From Octopus vulgaris (taxonomy: Eukaryota): DNA of 64,000 bases. The notes beneath the pieces are model-generated. The model was not told where the DNA came from. It saw only the letters and a list, made by a program, of their open reading frames with translations, and ran no database searches. The first letter of the stretch is position 1; the number at the start of each line of letters is the position of its first letter. Positions 12,501 through 25,589 of this stretch are shown here, piece by piece. The stretch is taken from NCBI GenBank assembly GCA_951406725.2, contig OX597815.1, positions 136,338,001-136,402,000 of the forward strand, read 5' to 3'. The position numbers and the translations under genes were made by a program.

Positions 12501-14551
12501 AAAAAGGCTTTTGATAGCCTACCACATAGCTGGATTAGGAAATGCCTGGAAATGTATAAGATAGCACCTACTCTGCGAAACTTTTTCACTGTAAGTATGA
12601 GATCAAGGAGAACCACACTAACTCTGAACAGAGACAATGAATCCCTAAATGCTGGTGATGTAAAAATTTCGTCTGGCATTTTCCAGGGTGACTCACTATC
12701 ACCACTCCTCTTTTGTTTAGCCTTAATACGTCTCTCAAAACTGCTCAATGACGCGCAGTACGGGTATAAAATGTTTGATAAAAATATAAATCACCTCATT
12801 TACATGGATGATTTAAAGCTTTTTACAAAAAATGATCAACAACTCAAGGGCTTACTAGCGATAGTCAAACAATTCAGTGACGACATCAGAATGCAATTCG
12901 GCCTCGATAAATGTGCAAAAGCTACCTTTATCAAAGGAAAAATGACAGAAACATCTAACGTTAACCTTGACCAGCAGAATGTCATAAAAGAACTAGACCC
13001 AGCGGAGAGCTACAAGTACCTAGGGGTAATTGAAGGGAACGGAATAAGGCATTCAGAGATGAAGGAAAGGATCGGGAGAGAATGTTATCGAAGAGTGAGA
13101 TCAATACTCAAGACAGAGCTGAATGCAAGAAACAGGATAGAAGCAATCAATGCATTAGCCATACCAGTCGTGACTTACAGTTTCAATATCGTTAACTGGT
13201 CAATTACTGAAATATGTCAGCTCGACAGAAAAATAAGAAAACTGTTGACAATGCATAGAATGTACCACCCTAAGGCAGATACAGAACGACTTTATCTGCC
13301 AAGAAAAGAGGGAGGCCGTGGTATTCTGCAACTGGCAATAACAATGAAGATTGCTACAATTGGCCTAGACACCTACCTGAAAAAGTCTGAGGACTGGATG
13401 TTAAAACTTGTCTCAAAACATGAAAACAAGAAAGCATCATACTCAGTAACAAAACAGGCAAAGGAATATCTAAGTGAATTCCGAATACAAAAATTTAGGA
13501 ATTAGATATAGACATACAAGAAACAAGCACAGAAAAAGCTAAGCGCATGAAAAGCCGTGCCAAAACTGCGGCCTTAGATATTCTGAATAATAAATGGCAA
13601 GAAAAACCTCTCTATGGCAAATACCCAAAGAGAGCAAATAATGCAGATATTGACAAAGCCCTGACCCATCAATGGCTAATGGCCTCTGGCTTAAAATCTG
13701 AAACAGAAGGGTTTATCATAGCAGCTCAAGATCAATGCCTACCAACAAGAAACTACCAGGCCAACATATTAAAGAACGGCAGTAGCCTAACATGTCGTGT
13801 ATACCGACAACAAAATGAAACCATTGACCATGTTGTCTCCAAATGCAGTCTTCTAGCGCCTACAGAGTACCTCAACAGGAATGATAGAGCTGCACAATAT
13901 ATTCACTGGGTAATTTGCAAAAACCGGGATTTGCCCCATGAAAAAAACTGGTGGGAACACAATCCACCTCCAGTACTTGAAAATGACCACATCTCACTCC
14001 TCTGGAACTTCACCATTCAAATTGACAGAAAGATAGATGCAAATAGGCCAGACATCATATTGAAAGACTTTAGACAAAGAACATGCCTCCTCATTGATAT
14101 GACTGTCCCAATCAATATAAACGTATCTGTCAAGACCTACCAAAAACTGAGCAAATATAAAGATCTTGAAATAGAAATCAGCAAAATGTGGAAGCTGAAG
14201 ACTAAAACAATACCTGTTGTCATAGGTGCCCTGGGAATGATAGCGAAAGGGACTGATTGCTACCTAACTCAGATACCAGAAAACCCCAAAATGGCAGAAA
14301 TTCAAATGATAGTGCTCATGGGAACTGCTCATATCCTACGCAAAATACTCTCTATGTAATCCCAAGGTTTTAAACAAACTTTTTTTTTTAAATCTATGTA
14401 TTAGACATTCACTAATACAACACCAAAAAACTCCCAAATATATGGCACACTAGGCATAACAACAGCGTGAACTTCCAACCTGTTGTCTCTTGGGGTCTCT
14501 GGGTGAGACTTGGAGCCAACTTGTACAGACATAAAGCAAAAGTCAAACATA

Positions 14552-14552
<1 letters not shown>
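9597..14552 (+). mobile_element. R4/Dong-clade non-LTR retrotransposon family A, copy 1 (apparently full length, frameshifted)
   Basis: It has a ~950-nt 5' UTR. The ORF spans 10546-14359 in five pieces with RT motifs (YRPITCL, WIDYKKAFD, GIFQGDSLSP, YMDD), a mutated CCHC (CRVY) and the RLE motif RPD..D..K..KY. A ~190-nt 3' UTR follows, and (AAT)n lies on both sides. Confidence 0.95.
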
Positions 14553-14600
<48 letters not shown>

Positions 14601-14601
14601 T

Positions 14602-15100
14602 GTGTGAGAGAGCAGTGCATGCCTTCAAAGTGACATTGGGGTAAAATATACGAAGTCTAGTATATCCATCATGAATACCCGTCTGATAAGGGTACACTAG
14701 GCACATGCATCACAACCATTTGTCCGTGACATGGTGATCTCATATCAAGATAAACAGCGCATGACCTTGCAGGTGGGGCCCAGTTAGAATTTTCTTCTGG
14801 TCGAGTAACCCATCCCGCTCATAAGGTTCATGAATAAGGGTTGTTTAAGGATGTTGAACGAAACACCTATGTTTCCAGAGGAGAATTATTCAAACTCCAA
14901 AGAATTCCTCTCAACACATGGCTATGCTACCCCACCCCACTACTTCTGCTCGTGATCAGAGATGCACATATCGTGATATTGAGCAGAATATTTGCTGTAG
15001 CCCATCTTTTATACCAAGACAAAACAATGTACATGATAACACTTCCAATCAGTTAAGATCAGAATCCATGTGAGCCACTGCCTGGTACTGCATCAGGGCA
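14602..15100 (-). mobile_element. Non-autonomous element D, copy 2
   Basis: Same ends as 5290-5834, with a ~60-bp internal deletion near 14972. It sits between AAT and ATT tracts. Confidence 0.8.
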
Positions 15101-15116
15101 TTTTTTTATTATTATT

Positions 15117-15197
<81 letters not shown>

Positions 15198-15525
15198 GTT
15201 TTTTTTCTTCTTCTTTCAAATTTGCTTCCATTTCTTGCCGAGCATCTTCCCGACTCCTGGGGCAAAGAAACTCATAGTATACATTGGTAGGCCATTAAAC
15301 CAAACTCAATAGTTCGTTCATTTTTTTTCTTTTTTAAGGTTAAATTAAAATACATGGGCAGTAACAGCTCTCACAGCGACAATGCTCTTCTCAATACGTG
15401 TGATGTACCAGTTAAGACAATCTTTTGCACTTCTTGCAGGGATGGTAAGCCAGGGATCATTCTCATATAATTTTCGGTTCCCTTCTTGATCATTCCTAGT
15501 GCTGGTATTGTAACCGCCTTGAGAT
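15198..15525 (-). mobile_element. Dong family B, 5'-truncated 3' end
   Basis: Closely matches 26457-26805 (3' UTR plus LQEVQKIVLTGTSHVLRRALS). An (ATT)n tail lies to its left. Confidence 0.92.
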
Positions 15526-17160
15526 ATTTTCTGTTTTCTCATGTCATTTGCTGGATATTCTTGTATTAAAGAAAGAAGCAGCATCGATTCAACAATATAT
15601 TCTTTCTTCATTATTGAGTACAACAAAATCTGCCATTTCGTTTGAATTTTTCTATCCAACAGAAGCTTTACATAACTTTTTTCAAAACCTTTCTTCTGGT
15701 TACAGTCTTACCAATTTCTCACATGTTCAACTGCATATCTTTTACAGATTTGCCAATGTACTATTGTAACTTGGATTTGTCTCTAGTTATTGTAAACCTT
15801 CTGAACAAACATTTTTTAACTTTATAGATTTCATGAACAACCATCTCTTTCACCATGCATTGTACATGCAGCGAGATGTTTTCCTTATCCATATTGTTGC
15901 GGATGTATCATCCCCTCATTTCTAAATCCTATGCAATGAAGATTAAGCTCTCTGTGACATTTTTCTTTCAAAACTTCCTTATTTACCCATTGAAACTACT
16001 CCTGGTTTCACCGTCTTTCAGTTGTTTCAAATAATCTTCCCGTAGAAGTTCGTATTGTTTCTTTCCAGCTGCGAGCACAAAATTTCAGCTAACATTTCCT
16101 CCCCTCGTATAATCATTGAAAACACCTCATCACGCCCAGCAACGAATTTCATTAAACTGTTTGCCTTCAGTGATCTATATTTGCAATACAATCTACCAGT
16201 ATTTCCTTTTGGGTTTCATACGCTGAGGATTGTAAGTAATTAACATTCATTGTATATTTTAATATACATTCTCAAGATTTCCTTCTCATTTAATCATTCT
16301 AGTAATGTATCACACAATAAATGCTGTCGTGGAGTTAATTATGCCACTGACGCCATTCCTTTTAGATTTTAATATTCTTCTTACACTCCGGAAGTATAAC
16401 TTCGTTGTTTATCTTTCATATTAATAGCTACTAAGACTTATAGACGTATCCATCATCAGAAGCAATCACCTGTATCTTCTGGTTCGTTAGATTTATTCTG
16501 TTATTTTTATTGTATTTCCCATTCTTCATTACAAGCTTTACTCATTAATTTTCTAAAACCCATCTTAATACCATTTCTGGACAAAGGTATCCAGTTCTCT
16601 TTCCTATCTAGCTATCTAAGTCATCTAGGAATAGAAAGCGGTTGACTACCTCAATGTATTTTTTTTTAAACTGTATCCAGCTTTAACTTTTACAATTTCG
16701 TGGGTGAGTTACTCTTTCAATCGACCTATGTCATTGCTCTATCAGCTCGTTTTCTGTTGCAATATCTTGCAACCTCTTATCCCTAAATACTTCATTACTT
16801 TCTCTCTTGAATGTCTCCGGAAGCCTAATTTTTATTAGGATGTATGTTTTGTTCCCCTAAGCGAGCAAAGCTCTTATCCGCAAATTCTTGTTAACAATTT
16901 CAACATTAGTTATCAGTCTGCAGTTTGACACATCAGCACTTTTCTAATTTTCTTTCGTATTAAGAGTTGTCTTATCCTCAACGTTCCGATTTGGGATAGT
17001 TTCTAATTAGGAGATTTCACTGAATAGATTAGATTTTCTGCGTTGTTTTAATGGTTTTTCACACTGTTCCCTTCTTACAAAGACGATAATGGACTAGGAT
17101 GTTATCGACTGCTTCCTCCTTGCAAATATGCGGCCTTCTACATATTTTAGAAATAATTAA
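15526..17160 (-). mobile_element. Highly decayed R4/Dong-like remnants
   Basis: Scattered minus-strand peptides such as YFRSVRRILKSK correspond to the Dong YRRVRxILK motif. It ends in a decayed AAT-like tract. Boundaries are uncertain. Confidence 0.5.
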
Positions 17161-17457
17161 TATTATGATAAGTATGATGATTAGTGTCTCCGAAAAACTT
17201 AACGTCATGTTCTGTACTCGATTTATATTTGGTTTCACCATATAACACTAATAGATTCGAGACTTGATTTTAAAGTTAACAGTCATTACAATTTGTTATA
17301 TTCTGCGCCCGGCTGCCCAGAATTGAAGCTATCATAGAACGACACCGCATCCGCTGGTTAGGAAACGTCATAATTGCATACGTAAACACACACACATACA
17401 TACACACACACACACACACACGCGCATATATATAAATATAGTATATATTATATACTA

Positions 17458-18543
17458 CTAGCAGTATCGCCCGGCGTTGCTCGGGTTTGTTTCGACCCGC
17501 TGGAATTGTAATTTTGAAAAGTAAAAATTTTGTGAACATTTTTCTGGTCGAAATACACCGAAAAGTGGCGACAGAGCAGTGACAAAATCGTAAAAAATAG
17601 GGATTTTCATAGAAAAAAGCATCTTTTTGATGTAAATAATTTTTGGTGTTAACATGGTCCGATTTGAATTTTATGTTCTACGGAAGGAAGAGCAACCCTT
17701 CTTCTACCATACTCTCAATTTTGGTCAACTTGCGCCGCAGGGTCTCGGAGGAGATAGTGTTAGTTGAAGGTTACCATTCTAGGTGCCTGAGTAACAACCT
17801 CGCGGATTTACAGATAAATGAATTAATTACTATTTTACAGAATAAAATTAAATAATTCTTGAAAATTAATAAATATTAATATTTTTTGAACAAAGTAAAT
17901 AATTTTTAAAACTTAAATAATAATTTTTTTTACACAAACGCGAACGGGGAAAAGGGGTGGCGAATTCGATTTACATACCTAATTTTTTTCTTTTTCATGA
18001 CATTGTAGCAAAATAGTAGTGAATTATATAAATACCAGCAGTACATTTTTTTTTCTGGGGTATTTTTTTTCAACCTCGTCACATATTTGCCCCTTTCAAT
18101 TTAAACAAAGTCTTAATTAAGCAATTACGGCAGCTTAGCAATGGTTTCAATACAGGCGTGACATCTGTATCTCAATTGTTCAAAACCCTTCGAATTTTTT
18201 CGCACGTGATGATATCATAGTGAAAACTTTCAATTACGCGCGCTTAGAAGTACGCTCGCAAATTAATACTACCAAAATTTTGAAGTTCGCGCTCCGCTTG
18301 TGTGTGTGTGTGTACGTGCTTTAGGTGTACGTAGGTATGTGTTTTTGTGTGTGTGTGTCACTGAAGCCATACATACATATATACATACATAACCTCTCTC
18401 TCTCTTTTCTCTCTCAGTCACTCACTACAAAAAGTGAATAAAAAAAGTTCAGTTATTTCTGTCTTTCACTCTGTCTGTCTCTTTACACACACTAACAAAA
18501 GCACTTCACTTACACACCACACTTTCTGTGTCGCACAACCCAT

Positions 18544-18582
<39 letters not shown>

Positions 18583-19129
18583 GCACGCACACATGTACAT
18601 CAATGCTTTCGGAGTGAAATGTTAAAATATTGAGTTTTCTCGAATTTTGTCTTAATTGGGGGTGAAATTGAAAGAAATATATTATGGCATGACCGAATGG
18701 AGTACTTTGAAAAATCTTAGGTAAACTCTAATTGAAGAAATTGTGTGAGGAGTAAATCGTTATGTATTTATTTGTTTCTGTTTGCTGTGTTTTTTTATTT
18801 TTTGAGTAGTGGTTTAAATACTTTCAGTTTAGTCTTCCTCAAATCACTCTGTCGCTATTTACTTACATTTTATTCGTTGCACACTGTGTGTGTGCGTGTG
18901 CGTGTGGTGTAAACCACATTAAGAAAAGCATTTGACATACACACCAGAATGTGAGTTTTCTGTAAATTTTGCTTAATTGGAGTTTAAATTTTAAAAACTG
19001 GACCTGGCATGACCCGATGCATTCTACTCTTAAAAATGCTAGGTAAATTGTAATTGAAGAAATCCTATATTGTAGATTTCTATAAGTTACAAAGGGAGGC
19101 AGATAAAATCTGCCTTTTATAATAAGAGA
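17458..19129 (-). mobile_element. Non-autonomous Helitron
   Basis: The minus strand starts A|TCTCTTATTATAAAAGG (19129) and ends CCCGAGCAACGCCGGG hairpin + CGATACTGCTAG|T (17458). This gives 5'-TC, 3'-CTAG, an AT target and no TSD. An internal duplicated block lies at ~18620-18745 and ~18950-19060. Confidence 0.85.
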
Positions 19130-19388
19130 TAAATTGAATAACGAGGGTAGAAATTAATATTATTAAATAATATCAATTTAAACCTATCATACTTTAAAAG
19201 CCCGAAGATTATAAATTCTATTGCATATATATATATATAAGTTCAGCAAAAATTTAGATTCAAATGAATATGGTACTTAATTTAGATGCACCAGAATTCT
19301 GTATGGTGTTATCCATGAAAATCCTTGGGGTTATTATAATCAAAATAAGCAAGAATGACTACCGGAGTCATTCTTGTTGCTTACTTTC

Positions 19389-19451
<63 letters not shown>

Positions 19452-20399
19452 GTATGTATATTTACGCACAAATTATGGGGTTTTAGTTCACAGGTGATCT
19501 AAACGATTAGGTACTCTAGGTAAGTGTTGTAATGGATTACTAGGGCTCCAAGGTTATAGCCGAGACGGCAGTCGTGGAGCCATTGCAGATTGCCGATGCA
19601 GCGTATGTATATAGTTGTTAAACAGGACAGCAAGCATTAAGGCAAAGCAAACATTTCAAGTCGTACACAATATTATTACAGGTTTGCGTCCTTTTTCTTG
19701 GGTGTCTACTTATATCAGGATTTTAACCCACATGGATATACACAGGATTGCACCTAAGGACTCATGCCCTGGTTTCTATACCTTCGAAAAGTTAAACTAT
19801 GAACTTTTATGCTTCTTTTTTCTTCTTTCTCTCCAGCTCCTTATTCTTTTACTCTCTTCCTCTATGTCGTCATCTCATTAATATATATATACCATTCTCA
19901 TTTTCCTTTTTTTTTTTTTTGCCTATTTGTCTCTGACATCTCAGAAACAGCTATAAGACTTTGAATTTCTTCCTATAATAATATTGTACACGACTTGAGA
20001 TGTTTACTTTCCTGTTTCATAATTATATATATATATATATATATACAATTACATATATACTTATATATATGCACACACACACACATTTACATATACGTAT
20101 ATATACATGCATGTATAGATATATGGACGCACATACGTATCCATACAGACATATATATAAATATATAGAAGTGTGTACGTATTTGTGACTGTTCGCTGCC
20201 AAATAAAAGATTAATCAACACTATAGTATAGATTAATACATTTCATTGTAGTCGTGTCAGTTTTTGCTAATGCGAGTTTCACCTGTGGGTGTAGATGATA
20301 TTCAGGCACCTTCGGTTATTATGGTATATTACAATTTTCTACCGAAACAACGCTAGATTATAATAGTAAATAGGAATAAGTTATAGTTGATTATACATC

Positions 20400-21160
20400 T
20401 AGTAAAAGATTCAGTGGTTATATAAGAGATTATGATGCTGCACAGCTGAAAGAGACAGATGGATATCTATAGCACACCAAAATTAATCAGGCGACAGAGG
20501 ATATGAAGATTTCCCATCAGATGATAATTGTTTTGAAAAGTTACTACTATATTGCATTAACAACAACACAAAAGAAAAGCTAATGTTAGGTCAATTAAAG
20601 TGAAATTCACAAACACGAATATTCGTATGTCAACTCTGATAAAACAATGTTAAGTCTTTTCCGAAACGTTTATGGATCTTATATGAATTACTTCCTCAAG
20701 AAAATTACAAACATAGACAAAATTACTTACAACATTAATATTAACTTCAAATTAAAGGAGAAAATATATCATCATAAACAATGAGCTCTCGTATAGAACT
20801 TGCACTGAAAGCCACCGGCGGTTCTGTCAAAACTAGAGTCGAGACTCGCAGAAGAGATGTTTTTGCAGGAAAGAAATGCTTTACTAGGGAAAAAATGCTT
20901 AACACGGGCATAGGGCGCGCAATTTCTTCAAGATTTGGTTAAACTATTAATCTATTTTTGCGTCAGTGCTTCTAGCTTAGCTCAAGCAGATTCATGAAAA
21001 AGAATACCGACAATAACAATTGACTTTATTGCCGAAGGCAATTACATCTATTACGTACAAGTAACTACGATGCTGGAAATATCATTTCCAATGATCAACA
21101 GTTCCTAGAATGGTACTGCTATTATGAGTCACTAACGTGTAATTTGGTACTGGATTCGAT
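20400..21160 (+). mobile_element. Possible very decayed Penelope-like (Naiad-type) thumb/linker remnant
   Basis: Weak peptide traces (PSDDNCFEK; FMDLI..FLKKITNIDKI) resemble SSxxxxF and FLxLIxKHFP..KIF. No continuous frame. Confidence 0.3.
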
Positions 21161-21489
21161 CATACAGTATTCTAAAGGTACGAAAGATCTAAATATGACC
21201 GACATTTACACCCTATATTGGGCGCGTTCTTTGTCTGTTTGAGATTTTTTTGCGTGTGGGTGTGTGTTAGCGTGCACGTATGCGTGTGCTTGTGTATGCA
21301 TGTATGTGTGTATGTATATATGTGTTTATGCATGTAGTTATGTATACATGCGTGTCTGCATGTATGGGCCACATAATATGTATTCTGCATATTCATGTGT
21401 TTGTGTGTTTGTGTGTGTACCCCTGTTTCCTTGTGTATGCGCGTTTGAATCTGTCCATCTACATATCTACAGTGAAGCAATTCTCTTAT

Positions 21490-22650
21490 AGATTGCCCAG
21501 CTAGGGGATGTTTGAGTTTTTTTGCCCCACCAGGTCATGAAGAGGCCGGCAACATCTCCAGCCACACTGACATTGATGGCTGCTCCTTGAACATGCATAT
21601 ATAATTTCATGCCAAACTTAACTATGTGGTTCTTTAAGTTGCTTTTCACACTAGCTCCTATGAGGGCCACATACTTTTCACCTGATTGTCGTACTCAGGG
21701 TCCTGAAGGGGTATGGTCCAGCTACCCCAGCGCTCTGTGATGCTCTTCCTCGCTGCCGAGGTGATGGTGGGTGGTCTTCTACTTATAGAGCGGGTTGGAC
21801 AGAATCTACTTCGGTCATGGTTGTCTGAGTAGTTACGGTCATAGGTTAGTTTTAGGACGAGGTCCAGTTCTCTCGTGGTGACTTTGTGGAACTCTACTTC
21901 ACACTCACAAATGATCTCAATGTATTTCTCCATAACAAAATCTGTGACTATAGATGGGTAGAATGAAACCACATCCATGCTACCTATTATATAACCTATG
22001 AGGTCGTTGGAGCGGTTGCAATTGCTGATTCTATTGAGGAGGTCCTTCGTGCTCATAGACATCCGGGGACATTTCAATGATGGTCGTAACACCTATGTGA
22101 AGAAGTAGGATAACCTATAGTTGCTGGAGATATTCGCCTTGCAAACCAGCCGAATTGAGGGCCACATAACAGGGTCTACGTAGGGTTTATGGTCTTTCCG
22201 TAACCCGTGCAGTGTAGGAACATTGTTGCTGCATGCTTGGAAATTTTGTGCTGTCCGTTTTCTGGTGTGAGGTATCTTGACCCACATTCCTATGTGTGCG
22301 TTCAAAGGTTTTTCTACACTTTCATGTTCTTGTGGTGCAACCTCTCTTATGCTACTGTTGTTCAAGTGTCGTTTGCAGGCCCGGTTTACTCGGCATTATT
22401 CTTGATGGATGAGTTCCCTGAATCTGTCTCTTTCGTGTGGTGTAGTGGTGTTATCTCCCTTTTGATGCATATTTCTCTTTTGATGTTTAGTAACATCGTA
22501 CGTTTTAGTCTTCTTGCTTGGTGTTCTGAGTCGGAGCCACTTGACATCCGAATGATCAGGTTACGTGTATAGCGTGGAGGGGATGCGTACTTTAATGGAG
22601 TGGAGTTGTCGGGAGGCAATCTTGATTTTTCGACAGCAGAACACACTGTC
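21490..22650 (-). mobile_element. Penelope-like element reverse transcriptase fragment
   Basis: PTLHGLRKDHK, IIGSMDVVSFYPSI and KLYMHVQGAAINVSVAGDVAGLFMTWW are PLE RT motifs in the correct order across frameshifted ORFs. Confidence 0.85.
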
Positions 22651-22659
22651 TTTCAGAGT

Positions 22660-23024
22660 CTTATTCTTTTATTCTTTTATTTGGTTCAGTCATTTGACAG
22701 CTGCCATGCTGGAGCACAGTCGTGAAGCGTTTATTCGAACAAATCGACCTCATGACGTATTTCTTAAGCCTAATACTTCTTCTATCGGCTGCTTTAGCCG
22801 GACCGCTAAGTTACAGGTACATAAACTCACCAACACCGGCTGTTAAGCATTGAGGCGATGATGGGGGAACAAAAACAGACTAAAAGACACACGCACATAA
22901 ATATGTACATATATATATATATATATATACACGATGACAGTTCCGCAAGATGCCATGCAGTGGGACCGAACTCGAATCCAGGTGGTGGGGAAGCAAGCTT
23001 ATCACCACACGGCCGTACCTGCGC

Positions 23025-23025
<1 letters not shown>
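22660..23025 (-). mobile_element. tRNA-derived SINE (second family), diverged, with internal microsatellite
   Basis: CAAGATGCCATGCAGTGGGACCGAAC...AAGCAAGCTTATCACCACACGGCC is the reverse of a tRNA-like head. Homologous to 32245-32607 and 40410-40785. Confidence 0.75.
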
Positions 23026-23119
<94 letters not shown>

Positions 23120-23320
23120 ATCCGGGGATCGGGATGTAGGAAGAAGGTTAGCATCAATCAATCGGTAGTAAATATAAAAACAATTTTCAGGGAGCAGATT
23201 GCTTTATAAAGGCGTAAGTTTGAGGACATTTTATTAGTAACGAAGTACGACAAACTGAAAAACGTTTTTTTTTTATATTTCACGGTAGGCAACCAGGGTT
23301 GCCGGGTGCGCGAATTATAA

Positions 23321-23473
23321 TACAAAAGTTATGGAATGGAGTAGATGAGATCCGTGCCACATATTTTTCATAGCGAGTGGGACCTCGCTTGGATATTTAG
23401 TACTTCTGAGGTTCCACTCGCTATCAACAATATGTAGCCTGGACCTTATCTAATCCATTCCTTAATTCTTGTA
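23321..23473. repeat. Imperfect inverted repeat (~65-bp arms)
   Basis: GGAATGGAGTAGATGAG...ATAGCGAGTGGGACCTC pairs with GAGGTTCCACTCGCTAT...CTTATCTAATCCATTCC. Confidence 0.8.
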
Positions 23474-23823
23474 CACATAGACACACACACACTTTCTCAC
23501 ACATACATGTATATGTATATGTATATGTATGAATGATTGTATTTATGTATGTATGTACGTATATACTCCTTGTGTGTACGAATGTATATATGTATAATGT
23601 TAGGTATCTAATAGCAAAATGGTACCTATCATATGTTTCTTACTGAAGGAAACCAAAATATGTTATTCAAATTATGAATAACTAAACAGTTAGTTACCAT
23701 TTTTCAGTTGTAAATGATGTTACTTCGAACAATGATTTCATTGCTGATGGACTAGGGCGTCTCATGAGGGACAAGCAATTTTGCTTCAGCACATAGAGCT
23801 GAGAAATGGAATTTAAATATATC

Positions 23824-24048
23824 TATCCGCTCAGTCGAAGTCGACTCTCGGTTACTCGTTGGATCAGTGTCTTCCAGTCAGTTCTATCCTTGGCCACTTC
23901 TTTCAGATTGGCTATGTCCATTCCGGTATCACTCTTTCTTGATGGTGTCAAGCCAGGGGTTCTTGGTCGGCCTCTTCCTTTCTTGCCACTGACCATTCCG
24001 AGCATGATGTCCTTGTCCAGGGATTTTCTCTGCATAATATGACCGCAT
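23824..24048 (-). mobile_element. RTE-clade LINE 3' end, 5'-truncated, 13-bp TSD
   Basis: KDIMLGMVSGKKGRGRPR...DRTDWKTLIQRVTESRLRL is a typical RTE C-terminus. ATTTAAATATATC occurs at 23811-23823 and 24049-24061. Confidence 0.9.
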
Positions 24049-25260
24049 ATTTAAATATATCAGGTTATAAATATTTAAATATTCATCACCATAGAGAATT
24101 GTAGGTTATAATAGAGACATTGTATCACCTCCGATTTTACATAACAATATAATGTGTTGTTTGACATTCATTTCTTGAATTTCGTTTCTCTAGGCAAAGC
24201 GCTTTTATAACATATAATGAAATATTACTATTAACATTTCGTCATATCAATATTTATGCTTGATATAAGTGTAGCTATTTCGTTTTAATTCATAATCAGG
24301 GTAACATAGTTATTTTCTCTGCTACTTTAATTTCATATGTCCACTTTTACCACTGTTGTAATTGAAGCTTAAAGAATATTATCCTTATTTTCGCCAGAAG
24401 TGCACACAAACAAAGTTACACTTATCAAAAGGTAAATAATCGATATACCAGGAACAAAGTATTACTGACACAGCATATTCAAGCAATTGCTATGAAATGT
24501 TACTTTGAGCGTCACTGGATTTGTCAAGGAATTATTATTTTCTCTCGCTGTCCAATTTTGTATTACCTTACACACTATTCTAAGGTAACACAAATATATC
24601 CATTGATTGTATTTGAAAGATGAAAATATATAAAATCGTATCAAAATATCTCTACTCTGCGACACACGGATAAGATTAAATTCTGTAACCTATTCCAGTA
24701 GCGTTCTTTTGAATACTGAAACATTTCTTTCTAAGGAAGACGTATAGGACACCGGCAGTACTGAAGTACTGATTATATTGAGCTCAACCTGATGCATGAT
24801 ACATCAGTTTCTCATTGGCTTGACTTCTAGTCGAGCAAAAACAAAAACAAAAATAATCTTGTTTCATTTATTTCGGTCTCGCCGCATTAGATATAAAGAA
24901 AATTGGACATGTGATTCATATCATTTCGAAGGATATATGAGAAGTAAAATGCCTTCAATTGGTAATATAAGTCGCGTTACAGTTTTAGTTTGCTTGAAGC
25001 AATCGAAATTAAATATGGATTTCACAACCCTACAACTAGTTACTAAAACAATAAATTTGTATGTAAAGAATACAAGTGATTTGCTAGACATAATTATATT
25101 ATCGGGAAAATTCAGCAGCATATAGCGTCGGGAGTGATATACACGCAACTGTTCACGTCAGTTCACAATTCAATGCATTATCCTACGGCATATTTTAAGA
25201 TTATCTTGACACGGCACATGGTGAAATTAACAAAGGCATAAACATAGTTGATTTTTATAC

Positions 25261-25389
25261 CATCATGAATAAAACCTTGATATAACTCATGTTTATCACG
25301 TCGCCAACATAAGGTACGTGTATAGCTAAAGATGTCAGGCTCTATGTTGAAAGTAGATCTTGCATTTTCATATAGGTATACACACAAAT
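25261..25389 (-). CDS. Candidate exon (DLCVYLYENARSTFNIEPDIFSYTRTLCWRRDKHELYQGFIHD)
   Basis: Acceptor tctgtcttctgcaacttag and a weak donor G|gtataa bound a 129-nt open frame. Phase is compatible with 29995-30021. Confidence 0.3.
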
Positions 25390-25589
25390 CTAAGTTGCAG
25401 AAGACAGAATCACCTCGGCAAGTGTCCATTTCGTATTACGTTTTAAGTTTTCGCAAGTAAAATGGAAAGAATAAAATGAAAAATCTTTATGCATTTATTT
25501 GTTCGAATTTTCTTTTCTTTTTCTTTCGTTTCTACCACAAAAGTCTTAATTTTACTATTAAGACTTGATACTATTGGTATCAAGTCTAC

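Noticed and set aside
15040-15100. Hammerhead or HDV-like ribozyme at the 5' end of element D (CUGAUGC; GGC-UCUCAUG-GCU...CUUAACUG)
   Set aside because: The core is CUGAUGC with no matching GAAA/stem III, and no P1/P4 could be built for an HDV fold.
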